Of a DNA stretch of 64,000 nucleotides, positions 39,382 through 49,295 are shown in pieces. The stretch spans positions 32,001-96,000 of the forward strand of contig JBMNFY010000006.1 of assembly GCA_050949565.1 (NCBI GenBank). Reading direction: 5' to 3'. Origin of the DNA: Kiritimatiellia bacterium (GTDB lineage: Bacteria > Verrucomicrobiota > Kiritimatiellia > RFP12 > UBA1067). The translations under genes and the position numbers were made by a program. The notes under the pieces are model-generated. The model made no database searches and had not been told where the DNA came from. It saw only the letters and a program-made list of their open reading frames with translations. The first letter of the stretch is position 1; each line of letters starts with the position of its first letter.

Positions 39382-41730
39382 ATGAAAAAGATCCTGTTGT
39401 GCGTGCCCTTGACTTCGCTGCTGTTCGCGGCAGTTGCTCAGAACGTCCCTAGTCTGCTGCTCAACGATACCTATCGCATCGTGACCGCAGCCCAGCCGAT
39501 TCCCGCCGAGGAATTCGCCGCTACCGAACTGAAAGCCTATCTGGATAAGGTTACCGGCAAGACGTTTGTTGTTGTTTCTGAAGCTGACCATGACGGCACC
39601 CCGGCTATCCATTTGGGACAGACCGCCTTGGCTGCTACGAACCGTAGCGGCGATTACGGCAAGGAGGAGTATCACCTCAAAACCGTCGGCAAGAACATCA
39701 TCATCACCGGCGGTCGTCCGCGCGGTGTTCTCTTCGGGACGTATGAATTTCTGGAGCGCTTCGCCGGCGTGCGTTTTCTGAGCATCAACTTCGAGCACGT
39801 TCCTAGTCGGGAGGCCATCGCCGTCCCTGCCGATCTCGACGTCCGCCACACACCGGCATTCATCTATCGCGACATCTATCCCGGACATGCCGAGATCTCG
39901 GCCGGATACCGCCGCAAAGTCCGCCAGAACAGCGGCGGCGGACAGGCCCGCTTCGGGTTCAGCGAAAGCTACGGTTCTCCGCGCGGGGTTCACACCATGC
40001 ACGTCTACTCCGCCGACTTTCCCAGGGAAATCTCTTGGATGAATAAAAACGGGACGCGGCAGATCGTCGGTGAGCCCTTCGGCGGCTCTATCTGTTTCTC
40101 TCAGCCCGAAGTTCTGGACCGCTTCGCCACCAAAGTGAAGGACTACGTTAGGCAAGACCGTGCTCGCTGTAAGGAAACCGGTGCTCCTTGGCCGGTCTTC
40201 TACGTCGTTGATCAGAATGACTGTAAAGTCGAATGCTTCTGTCCGGAATGTCAGGAGGTGGTCAAGCAACACGACGTTTCCGGCTTGGTGATCAACTTCA
40301 TGAACAAGCTCTGGGATCGCGTCAGTGTCGATTATCCCGACATCTACCTGATGATGTTCGCCTATCACGACTCCACGGTTCCGCCCACCAGCGGCTTGAA
40401 GCCCAAGGGCAACGTCATCGTGCGCCTGGCCTACATGGATCACGAGTTCGCCGAATCAGGCAAGGTCAAGCGCGATGTCATGTTCCCGCTCTCCCATCCC
40501 AACAACAAGCCGTATGACGATGCCATGGCCGCTTGGCACGATTGCGCTGGCAACATCGCGATCTGGGACTACTGGAAGCTGTTCCGTTGCAGCTTTCAGA
40601 CTCCCATCCACAATCTGGCCGCTATCCCCGGCTTGGTGCGCCGTTACCGCGACATCAACGCCAAGCATTTCTTCGTTGAAATGGAACTCGGCCCAACCGT
40701 TCCTCTGACCTTCTTTGACCTGCGCTACTATCTCGGTGCCAAAATGATGGACAACCCCGATCTCGACCCCGACCGGCTGGTCGCCGAGTACATGTCCCTC
40801 TTCTACGGCAAGGCCGCGCCCTTCATGCAGGAGTTCAAGACCTACACCGAAAAACGCATGGCGGAAATGGACAAGCCGCTCGGCACGGTCGCGCCGGACA
40901 AGCGTCCGTTCCTCGACGCCGCCTTCTTCACCACGCTCAACACCCTGCTCGATCAGGCGGAGAAGGCGGAAGCCGGTAATCAGGCAGTGCTCAACAACAT
41001 CAAACAAGAGCGGCTGATCGTCGATCACAGCTACCTGTGCCTGTGGAAAACCCACAACAACCCTCTCGGTCTGGACAAGAAAATCCTCCAGCAGCGCATC
41101 AGCGAAAACGCCGACATCTTCGGCCGCAAATACTTCCCTTCGGCTTGGAAGCGTGACCGCGAACTCGCGCTGGAGTTCCTCAGTGACAACATGGACTTCC
41201 CGGAAAAGCACGCCAGAATCGAGGCCATGCCGCTCGATGGCTTGGACTTTACCGGACGCGATGTCGTCGAACTCACCGCCGCTGAACTGGACGGCGGCTT
41301 TTTGGCCGAAGACCCCGACGCCTTTGGCGGCAAGGCCAAAGTCAAAGACAGCGACGGCAAGCCCGACTACCACGCCCGACCCTTCACCTACGGCGTCTAC
41401 GACTGGAAATTCAAGCAGCATCTGTCGAGCGCTACCTTGGCAAAGAAAAACACACCCCAGGACGAAAAGTATCACTGGTATTACGCCGGCCGCATCCGCG
41501 TTTATTCCGAACAGACCCGCCTCTGGACCCACTGGTCTTGGACGATGAACTTCACCTTCCGCAAGGCCATGCAGAAACAGGAACACAAACAACTCTACGA
41601 CGTCTACATGTCCGCCAAACTGCAAGGTCCGTCCTACGTGGCGAACTCAAAGCAGCCGGACGAAGTGCGCGTCGACCGCGTCATCCTCGTCAAGGTCAAG
41701 CCGGACGAAAAGAGAGTGGACAGCGAATAG
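39382..41730 (+). CDS. secreted DUF4838-like glycoside hydrolase-related protein
   Basis: Signal peptide; FAATELKAYL, GGRPRGVLFGTYEFLE, CFCPEC, FAY and IWDYW motifs. Confidence 0.75.
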   Translation: MKKILLCVPLTSLLFAAVAQNVPSLLLNDTYRIVTAAQPIPAEEFAATELKAYLDKVTGKTFVVVSEADHDGTPAIHLGQTALAATNRSGDYGKEEYHLKTVGKNIIITGGRPRGVLFGTYEFLERFAGVRFLSINFEHVPSREAIAVPADLDVRHTPAFIYRDIYPGHAEISAGYRRKVRQNSGGGQARFGFSESYGSPRGVHTMHVYSADFPREISWMNKNGTRQIVGEPFGGSICFSQPEVLDRFATKVKDYVRQDRARCKETGAPWPVFYVVDQNDCKVECFCPECQEVVKQHDVSGLVINFMNKLWDRVSVDYPDIYLMMFAYHDSTVPPTSGLKPKGNVIVRLAYMDHEFAESGKVKRDVMFPLSHPNNKPYDDAMAAWHDCAGNIAIWDYWKLFRCSFQTPIHNLAAIPGLVRRYRDINAKHFFVEMELGPTVPLTFFDLRYYLGAKMMDNPDLDPDRLVAEYMSLFYGKAAPFMQEFKTYTEKRMAEMDKPLGTVAPDKRPFLDAAFFTTLNTLLDQAEKAEAGNQAVLNNIKQERLIVDHSYLCLWKTHNNPLGLDKKILQQRISENADIFGRKYFPSAWKRDRELALEFLSDNMDFPEKHARIEAMPLDGLDFTGRDVVELTAAELDGGFLAEDPDAFGGKAKVKDSDGKPDYHARPFTYGVYDWKFKQHLSSATLAKKNTPQDEKYHWYYAGRIRVYSEQTRLWTHWSWTMNFTFRKAMQKQEHKQLYDVYMSAKLQGPSYVANSKQPDEVRVDRVILVKVKPDEKRVDSE

Positions 41731-41733
41731 AGC

Positions 41734-41913
41734 GTCCAAAACACCTGTCCCTTTGGCGTCCACAATTCGTGTTTATTCGTGTCCATTCGTGGTTCCCAAT
41801 GTTTGAACCTAAAAAGAGCAGTTGAACCTTCAACTCTCTTTTTAGGGTAAGCGTTCCTTGCGAAGCGCCGGGAGGGGCAAGTGTCACTTGCCCGGTGGCG
41901 GCCATGCCGCCAC
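41734..41913. repeat. repeat mosaic: ACCTGTCCC site, 9-mer tract, 39 bp mini-element (41808-41846), REP hairpins
   Basis: GTCCAAAACACCTGTCCCTTTG; ATTCGTG x3; CCTAAAAAGAGCAGTTGAACCTTCAACTCTCTTTTTAGG; GGGAG-GGGCAAGT-GTC-ACTTGCCC; GTGGCGGCCATGCCGCCAC. Confidence 0.8.
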
Positions 41914-42013
41914 TTTGTCCCTCTTTTGGCTCATGCGGTGAATACTTCACTAATCACCGCATTTTGTGCGGCGAATGGTGGACGTTACCGCTTCCGTTTG
42001 CTAAACTGTCGCC

Positions 42014-43132
42014 ATGAAAAAAACGTACATCCACCTGCTGAAAGGCTGGCCTGGGTTGCGCTGGGATGCCGCCGCTTTGGCGGAGCCTCTCGCCGCTGTC
42101 CGTTTTGAGCAAGGCCGGCTGTTGGGGCGGATGGCCACATTGGGCTTCCCGCTGGATGGCGAGGCCGAATTGACCGTGCTGACTGAGGAACTGGTTCGTT
42201 CATCAGCCATTGAAGGTGAACGGCTGGATGATCGTCAGGTACGCTCTTCGCTGGCCCGTCGTCTGGGACTCGATACCGGCAGCATCGTGCCTTCCACTGA
42301 CAGGATCGACGGCCTCGCCGAATTGATGTTGGATGCCACGCGCAATTTCATGAAGCCGCTCACGACCGAACGGCTTTTCGGTTGGCATGCCGCATTGTTC
42401 CCGACAGGCCGCAACGCATTCGGGCGCATCACGGTCGGAGCGTGGCGTAAACCCGGCACCGCGCCCATGCGGGTGGTTTCCGGGCCGATGGGGCGGGAGA
42501 CCGTGCATTTCGAAGCCCCCGACGCACGGCGTGTCCCTCAAGAAATGCGTGCCTTCTTGACGTGGTTCGATGCGTCCCCCGTCACCGATCCCATCCTGCA
42601 CGCGGGGCTGGCGCACTTCCGCTTTGTCACGATCCATCCGTTCGACGACGGCAATGGGCGTCTCGCGCGCGCAGTCGCAGAGATGGCGCTGGCCCGTTCC
42701 GACGGCAGTCCGCAGCGCTTCTACAGCATGTCCGCGCAGATCGAAACCGAACGGCGCGACTACTACGACATGCTGGAAAAAAGCCAGCGCGGCGGGCTGG
42801 ACGTTACCCCGTGGCTGCGGTGGTTCATCGGGTGTTTGGCGCGGGCACTGGATCGTGCCGAAACCACCCTCGCCACCGTGCTGCACAAGGCGCGTCTCAT
42901 GGAGATCCTTAACGCTCTGCCTGCCAATCCGCGTCAGCGTAAGGCCGTCAGCCGCCTGCTTGACGGCTTCGAAGGTCCCTTCACCGCCTCCAAATACGCG
43001 AAGATGAACGCCTGCGCCACCGATACCGCCTTGCGCGACATCAACGCGCTCATCGCCTGCGGCGTTCTCGTTCGCGGCCCGTCCGGCGGGCGCAGCACCG
43101 AGTATCGATTGGTGAACGAGGTCATGCACTAA
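42014..43132 (+). CDS. Fic family protein (DUF4172-Fic-wHTH architecture)
   Basis: HPFDDGNGRLAR Fic motif; SSAIEGE; C-terminal DTALRDI...GGRST. Confidence 0.93.
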   Translation: MKKTYIHLLKGWPGLRWDAAALAEPLAAVRFEQGRLLGRMATLGFPLDGEAELTVLTEELVRSSAIEGERLDDRQVRSSLARRLGLDTGSIVPSTDRIDGLAELMLDATRNFMKPLTTERLFGWHAALFPTGRNAFGRITVGAWRKPGTAPMRVVSGPMGRETVHFEAPDARRVPQEMRAFLTWFDASPVTDPILHAGLAHFRFVTIHPFDDGNGRLARAVAEMALARSDGSPQRFYSMSAQIETERRDYYDMLEKSQRGGLDVTPWLRWFIGCLARALDRAETTLATVLHKARLMEILNALPANPRQRKAVSRLLDGFEGPFTASKYAKMNACATDTALRDINALIACGVLVRGPSGGRSTEYRLVNEVMH

Positions 43133-43276
43133 CGAACTTCTCCTTGCCGATATCTCGGCTGCATGCCAAACTAGGCTCTGCTTTTAATACCGGAGGAGTC
43201 GTGCGTCCGTTGACCGTTGATAGACGGGAGAAGACGGCGGCGGCCGGTTGGTGAAATCACAGGAAGGATCGATGTC

Positions 43277-46180
43277 ATGACTCGAAGGGTGTTGCGCTGT
43301 TTTGCGGCATGGATGGGGATCGTGTTGGTGGTTGGGGCGCAGACGTTGCGACCGCCGTCCGTGCCGCTGGTGACGGTGGACCCGTTCTTTTCGGTCTGGT
43401 CGCCGGCGAATAAGCTGACCGACGCGCCGACGGAGCACTGGTCGGGTGCGCGACAGCCGATCAATGCTGTGTTGCGTGTGGACGGCAAGGCGTATCGTCT
43501 TTTGGGCACCGAACCTGCTGACGCGCCTGCGTTGCCGCAGACCGGTGTCACGGTCTGGCCGCTGCGTACGGTCGCTACCTTTTCGGATGGCGCGGTCGAT
43601 GCGGAACTGGTGTTCGCCACGCCGCTGCTGACGGATAACCTGGATGTCTTTTCGCGTCCGGTCACGTATGTCACGCTCAAGGCGAAGGCGCGTGACGGAC
43701 AGCCGCGCGCGTTTCAGTTCGAGGTCGATGTGGCCGCCGCCATCGCGGTGGGCGACGACACCCAGCGTGTCGTCTTTGGCGAGGCGCAGATTGACGGGCT
43801 CGATGCCCGGAGCATGGGGCGCGACACCCAGCCGGTGCTGGGGCGTTCGGGCGACCGCATCCGGATCGACTGGGGTTACTTCTGGCTCGCCGCGCCTGCG
43901 GGCGGGCGCATCGCTGCACGCGAAACGCATCCGGCGCTGGTGTTCACGCGTGACTTCGGTGCGACGGCGACAGCCGAGACCCATCTGCTGCTGGCGTATG
44001 ACGATGTCGATTCGGTGATGTTCTTCAACCGTCCGCTCAAAGCGTGGTGGCGGCGGCACGGGCTGGCGTTCACTGAAATGCTGGCGGCGGCGGAACGCGA
44101 CTACGCGGCGCTTGACACGCGCATGGCGGCCTTCGATGCGGAACTGATGGCCGATCTCACGCGCATCGGCGGCGAGAAGTATGCCGCCCTGGCGGCACTG
44201 GCTTATCGCCAGTCGTTCGCCGCCTGCAAGCTGGTTGCCGATCCGAACGGCCAGCCGCTCTACTTTTCAAAGGAGAACGCCAGCAACGGCTGCATGGGGA
44301 CGGTTGATGTTTTCTATCCGCAACTGCCGCACCTTGCATTGCTGAGCCCCACGCTGGTGCGCGCCACGCTTGCCCCGATCCTGCTCTACGCCTCGGACGC
44401 GCGCTGGCCGTTTGACTTCGCGCCGCACGATATCGGTCAATATCCGCTGGGCAACGGCCAGCGTTACGGTGGCGGCGAGCAGAGCGAGAAGAATCAGATG
44501 CCGGTCGAAGAGTGCGGCAACATGCTGATCTGCCTTGGCGTGCTCTCGCACCTTGAGAACAGTGCCGCCTTTGCCGCGCAATGGTGGCCGACCGTCACGC
44601 GCTGGGCCGAGTATCTGGCGGCCAAGGGATTTGATCCCGACAACCAGCTTTGCACTGATGATTTCGCCGGGCATTTGGCGCATAACGCCAACCTCTCGAT
44701 CAAAGCGATCATGGGGCTGGCGTGTTATGGCAAGATGGCGGCGCTCAACGGGGACACCGCCACGGCTGAGCGTTTCACGGAACTGACCAAGACGATGGTG
44801 CCGAAGTGGATCAAGGCGGCTGGAGGGGGCCGTGGCGGCGCGTACCGGCTGGCCTTTGATCAGCCGGACACCTGGTCGATGAAGTACAATCTGGTCTGGG
44901 ACCGACTGCTGGGCTTCAATCTGTTTCCGGCGGAAGTGGCGCAGACCGAAACGGCTTTCTACCGCACGGCGCTGCAGAAGTATGGTTTGCCGCTCGATAG
45001 CCGCAAGCTCTGGACCAAGGCCGACTGGCAGGTCTGGGCCGCGATGCTGACCGGTCGGCGGGAGGATTTCGATGCGCTGATCGCGCCGCTCTATGCTTTT
45101 CTGAACGAAACGCCGGATCGCGTTCCGTTCAGCGACTGGTACCAGACGGACAGTGCCAAGCACTGCCATTTCCGCGCGCGTTCGGTGGTGGGCGGTGTCT
45201 TCATGCCCGTGTTGCATGATGCGGCGCTCTGGCAGAAATACGCCGCGCGTGCCACAGGGACGACGGGGCTTTATGCGCCGCTCGCGCCGAAGGCGGTAGC
45301 GCAGACAGAGCCGTTCCGTATTGCGACGTTCAACATCCGGCTGGCCGGCGCCAGCGTGGAGAGACCGGCGGACAGGCCGCCGAACTCTTGGACTTGCCGT
45401 GTGGACCGCGTGTGCGCGCTGATCACCAAGCGAGGGTTTGATCTGGTCGGTTTGCAGGAAGCGCAGGCCAATCAGATCGACGATATGTTGGCCCGTTTGG
45501 GTGCGCCGTGGACGTACGTCGGAGTCGGTCGCGATGATGGCAAACGGCGCGGAGAGTTTTCGTGCATCTTCTACAAAAAGAACCGCTTCGAAGTAAGAAA
45601 GAGCGGTACCTTTTGGCTCTCCGAGACGCCCGAGGCGCCCGGATCAAGATCGTGGAAGACGGCTTGTCCGCGCGTCTGCACGTGGGCCGACATGAAGGAT
45701 CTGAAAACCGGCAAGACCTTTGTGGCCTTCAACACCCATCTCGACCATGTCAGCAAGGATGCGCGGCGTAACGGCATGAAGCTGATTCTAGAGCGCATGG
45801 CGCGCTATGCGCAGGGCAGGCCGGTGTTCTTGACCGGTGATATGAATGCGACACCTGAAAAGCGTCCCGTCGACGTGGCGGCCGTGCAGGCGGACTTCAA
45901 TCGCGCCGGGCCGAAAGATCCGCATGCGGCGGGCGGACCTTACGCAATCGCCACCGCCAACCTGCGCGACAGCTTTGACATCTCCCGGACGCCTCATACC
46001 GGGCCGGTGAAGACGTTCTCCGGCTTCAAATACGTTGAGCGTCCGGAAGGCCAGCCGATCGACTACATCTTCGTTTCGGCCGGCATCCACGTTCTTTCCC
46101 ATGCCACGCTTGACGACTCAGAGAACCAGCTTTATCCATCCGATCACTTCCCGGTGGTTGCGGATGTGATGATCGAGTGA
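43277..46180 (+). CDS. secreted GtaA/glutaminase-like (DUF5127/DUF4965/DUF1793) protein fused to an endonuclease/exonuclease/phosphatase domain
   Basis: RPPSVPLVTVDPFFSVWS, KENASNGCMGTVDV, MPVEECGNM, LCTDDFAG, KYNLVWD, RSVVGG; C-terminal TFNIR, GLQE, NTHLD, TGDMN, IDYIF, SDHFPV. Confidence 0.82.
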   Translation: MTRRVLRCFAAWMGIVLVVGAQTLRPPSVPLVTVDPFFSVWSPANKLTDAPTEHWSGARQPINAVLRVDGKAYRLLGTEPADAPALPQTGVTVWPLRTVATFSDGAVDAELVFATPLLTDNLDVFSRPVTYVTLKAKARDGQPRAFQFEVDVAAAIAVGDDTQRVVFGEAQIDGLDARSMGRDTQPVLGRSGDRIRIDWGYFWLAAPAGGRIAARETHPALVFTRDFGATATAETHLLLAYDDVDSVMFFNRPLKAWWRRHGLAFTEMLAAAERDYAALDTRMAAFDAELMADLTRIGGEKYAALAALAYRQSFAACKLVADPNGQPLYFSKENASNGCMGTVDVFYPQLPHLALLSPTLVRATLAPILLYASDARWPFDFAPHDIGQYPLGNGQRYGGGEQSEKNQMPVEECGNMLICLGVLSHLENSAAFAAQWWPTVTRWAEYLAAKGFDPDNQLCTDDFAGHLAHNANLSIKAIMGLACYGKMAALNGDTATAERFTELTKTMVPKWIKAAGGGRGGAYRLAFDQPDTWSMKYNLVWDRLLGFNLFPAEVAQTETAFYRTALQKYGLPLDSRKLWTKADWQVWAAMLTGRREDFDALIAPLYAFLNETPDRVPFSDWYQTDSAKHCHFRARSVVGGVFMPVLHDAALWQKYAARATGTTGLYAPLAPKAVAQTEPFRIATFNIRLAGASVERPADRPPNSWTCRVDRVCALITKRGFDLVGLQEAQANQIDDMLARLGAPWTYVGVGRDDGKRRGEFSCIFYKKNRFEVRKSGTFWLSETPEAPGSRSWKTACPRVCTWADMKDLKTGKTFVAFNTHLDHVSKDARRNGMKLILERMARYAQGRPVFLTGDMNATPEKRPVDVAAVQADFNRAGPKDPHAAGGPYAIATANLRDSFDISRTPHTGPVKTFSGFKYVERPEGQPIDYIFVSAGIHVLSHATLDDSENQLYPSDHFPVVADVMIE

Positions 46181-46195
46181 GGGCGGTGCGCAGAT

Positions 46196-46224
46196 TTGAC
46201 GGAGCCAGAGGCTAAGCGTATACT
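46196..46224 (+). promoter_or_regulatory. putative sigma70-type promoter of the kinase-pyrK-pyrD cluster
   Basis: TTGACG-17 bp-TATACT. Confidence 0.55.
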
Positions 46225-46290
46225 GTTAAGGGTACGGTTCGTTCGCCTTAGCACCCGCTGGTTCGGTGCTGATGGCCGTGCGGCCTAGGA

Positions 46291-49281
46291 GTGTGTGTGC
46301 AGCAGGATAATACAGCCAGAATTCAGATTCCGCCGACCGAACGGCTCACGTCGGTTCCGTCCGAGGGACCGCCGACCGAGCGGATTGTTCCGGTGTCACC
46401 TCAGGAACCACCGACGGTGCGGATCGGGACGACGGGCGCCGAGCCGAAGTTCGAGGAGCCGCGCAACGACCAGTTGTTCGATCAATACACGATTTGCAGC
46501 AGGATCGGCAACGGCGGCATGGGTGTGGTTTATCTTGCCCGCGACCGCCGTCTGGGACGCTTTGTAGCGATCAAGCGCCTCAACAGCCAGGCTCAGGCCA
46601 TCCCCACGCTGCGCCAACGTTTCCTGCACGAGGCGCGGGCGGTCGCCACGCTCAGCCATGTGCATATCGTGCATATTTATGCTTTGGGCGAGGACGACGA
46701 CGGTCCGTTCATCGTTATGGAGTATGTGGCCGGCCCGGATCAGACCGATGTTCAGAAAGAGATCGGCGCGGGTGGACTGGTGCAGCCGAATCCGCCCCTG
46801 ACGCTTGAGCAGTATGTGTCGCGGCACGGCCAGCTTTCGTCTGACGAGGCGGTCGAGATCATGTTGAAGATCGGACGCGCCGTTGCCTATGCCCACGCCA
46901 ACGGCGTGATCCACCGTGATCTCAAGCCGAGCAATGTATTGCTGGACAAGAGCAGCGAACCCAAGATTGTGGATTTTGGTCTGGCGCGCCTGATGCACAA
47001 GGAGGAGGTCAAGCTCACCGTGCCGGGCGAGAAGCTGCTGTCGCTGGGGTACGGTGCGCCGGAGCAGGAGTCTGACGCCAGCCTCTCGGATGAGCGTGCC
47101 GACGTCTATGGTTTGGGAGCGCTGCTCTATTTCGTGATTACCGGCCAGAATCCGCGTTATTTCCGCGAGCAAGATGTTCCGGTGCCGCTGCGCGAAGTGG
47201 TGGTCAAGGCATTGGCCACGGATCGCGAGCAGCGCTGGCAGTCGGCCGCCGCTTTCAACGAAGCGTTGCACCAAATCCAGACCAAGACGCGTGTCGAGAC
47301 CCCCACGGTCAAGACCACCTGGCGCTGCAAATGGTGCGATGCCGTCAATCCGCTCACGATCAAATTTTGCGCGGAGTGCGGTTGGGACGGTTCGGAAAGC
47401 TGTCCAGAATGCGACGCCGAGACCTTTGTTGGCGTGCAATACTGCGGAAACTGCGGGGCGGATGCGCGCGCGTACGAAACGCTTCTGCACCACCTCAACA
47501 AGATGCGTGAGGCGGACGAGCAGAAGCGCTTTGAACGGGTGGTTTCCATGGCGGGCCGCGTACACGGTTTTGAGCCGGCCGGTCCTTCGGGACGTGAGCT
47601 TCTCGCCGAAGTGGGTCGTCTGCGCGACCGGGCCGAGAAGAATATCCGCAGGCGCGAGCAGTTGAAGGAACATGTGCCGATGGAGTTGCGCGCCGAGAAC
47701 TTCGAGCGTGCCGCTGCCTTCATCGATCAATACCGCGAGCTTTCGGAAGACAAGCACGCCTTTGAGGAGGAACTGCGGCAACTTCCCGAGTTGATGCTCA
47801 AGCGTGATCTGTTGCGCGCCCGCAAAGCGATCAAAAATCGCGATTGGTCGGTCGCGTCGCGGATCTGTGGCGATCTGCTACGTGAAGTCGCGCCCGATCA
47901 TCCGGAGGTGTTGATCATTCGACGCGCGATCCGCCGCCACAATCTTTTGTCTGATATCCGCACCGTTACGTTCACCGTCGTTGGCATCGTGATGCTCTAC
48001 CTGTTGGCCCTGCCGGTCGCGGTGCGCGCCGCCAAGGGCGTCTTCGGTCGCGGTGCGCGCGCCGTTTTCCGTCCGGGGCTCTGGGCTTACGAAAGCAGTG
48101 TTCTTGCGCCGTCGCTGCAGCGTTACGCGCAACTCTGGTCGGTCGAACCGCCAGCGTTGGCCGCAGCCTTTGTCGTAAGTGCGCCACCGGCCCCCCCGCC
48201 GGTCGTGGAGCAGCCCATCCCGGAGGCGCTGAAAGCCAAACAAGCGGATTATGCGCGGCAGCTTGCTGAAATCGAGAATACGCAGACCGTGTTCCAGCGC
48301 GCGTGGCCGGCCGAGTATCTGCGCGAACTGGATCTGCTCATGGAGCGTCGGCGCATGGCGGGTGACTTTGAAGGGTGGGCGGTGGCGCAACGGGAGTACA
48401 AGCGGTTCGACGAGTCACGCTACATAGACGACCGCTCCGACAATGAGCTCTACGAACTGACATTGCTCAAGGAAAAATACCGCCAGATGCTGTCGGACCA
48501 GAAGTTGTTGCACAGCCGCAAGCTGGTTTCGCTCTGCAAACGCTATGTCAATGAGTTGACCGACATGCAGACGGCCTATACGCAGCAGGATCAAATGGAT
48601 CTCGCGTCAGCCGTGAACACGGAGATCCGGCGCGCGCGCAGCGCGCCGGAACACCTCTCCGCTGAAGCGGTGGTGGCGGCGGCCTCCGCCGGCGGCTCGG
48701 ATGCCGAGACGCCTTCGCAGGTGCTGCTGGCTGCCACGATGGAGAACCGCGTGCAGGAACTCGCGAACATGCGCGCGGACTTCGAGACCGCCCTGCTCAA
48801 GGTGGAGCGGACGTCCGCGCAAAAATTGGCTGAGTGGCCGGAGAAGTATGTCGCGGCGCTTGCCGAGTTGATGGATACCTTCCAGCGTGCAGGCGACTAC
48901 GGCGGATGGGAGAGCGTACGCACCGAGACCATGCGTTTTGAAGCTGACCGTGCGATTACGCCGCGCCATGTGGTGTTGCAACCGGCAAGCCTTGCCGAGT
49001 TGCAGAAAAAATACATGTTGGTGAACGAGGATTTGCGCCGCAACCGTGCCGAGGGTGTGGTCGATACCACATTGAAGCACATCAAGAAGTTGGAGGGGTT
49101 GCAGAAGAAGCTGACGCAGGAGGGGCAGATGGAGACTGCTGCGATCGTCAACGCGGAGATCAAGCGTGTGAATGCGCGTGCGGACTTCATGAGCGCCCAG
49201 AACGAAATCGCACCCCAAGGACCGCCCCTGCCGCCGACTCTGCAAGAAGTGCTGGCCCCGGATGCAGGCGCGCAACAGTGA
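46291..49281 (+). CDS. Hanks-type Ser/Thr protein kinase with double zinc ribbon, transmembrane helix and duplicated helical C-terminal domain
   Basis: IGNGGMGVVY, VAIK, HRDLKPSN, DFG, APE, DVYGLG; four CxxC pairs; hydrophobic segment; internal C-terminal repeat. Confidence 0.9.
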   Translation: MCVQQDNTARIQIPPTERLTSVPSEGPPTERIVPVSPQEPPTVRIGTTGAEPKFEEPRNDQLFDQYTICSRIGNGGMGVVYLARDRRLGRFVAIKRLNSQAQAIPTLRQRFLHEARAVATLSHVHIVHIYALGEDDDGPFIVMEYVAGPDQTDVQKEIGAGGLVQPNPPLTLEQYVSRHGQLSSDEAVEIMLKIGRAVAYAHANGVIHRDLKPSNVLLDKSSEPKIVDFGLARLMHKEEVKLTVPGEKLLSLGYGAPEQESDASLSDERADVYGLGALLYFVITGQNPRYFREQDVPVPLREVVVKALATDREQRWQSAAAFNEALHQIQTKTRVETPTVKTTWRCKWCDAVNPLTIKFCAECGWDGSESCPECDAETFVGVQYCGNCGADARAYETLLHHLNKMREADEQKRFERVVSMAGRVHGFEPAGPSGRELLAEVGRLRDRAEKNIRRREQLKEHVPMELRAENFERAAAFIDQYRELSEDKHAFEEELRQLPELMLKRDLLRARKAIKNRDWSVASRICGDLLREVAPDHPEVLIIRRAIRRHNLLSDIRTVTFTVVGIVMLYLLALPVAVRAAKGVFGRGARAVFRPGLWAYESSVLAPSLQRYAQLWSVEPPALAAAFVVSAPPAPPPVVEQPIPEALKAKQADYARQLAEIENTQTVFQRAWPAEYLRELDLLMERRRMAGDFEGWAVAQREYKRFDESRYIDDRSDNELYELTLLKEKYRQMLSDQKLLHSRKLVSLCKRYVNELTDMQTAYTQQDQMDLASAVNTEIRRARSAPEHLSAEAVVAAASAGGSDAETPSQVLLAATMENRVQELANMRADFETALLKVERTSAQKLAEWPEKYVAALAELMDTFQRAGDYGGWESVRTETMRFEADRAITPRHVVLQPASLAELQKKYMLVNEDLRRNRAEGVVDTTLKHIKKLEGLQKKLTQEGQMETAAIVNAEIKRVNARADFMSAQNEIAPQGPPLPPTLQEVLAPDAGAQQ

Positions 49282-49295
49282 GACGGAGCGCTTCA

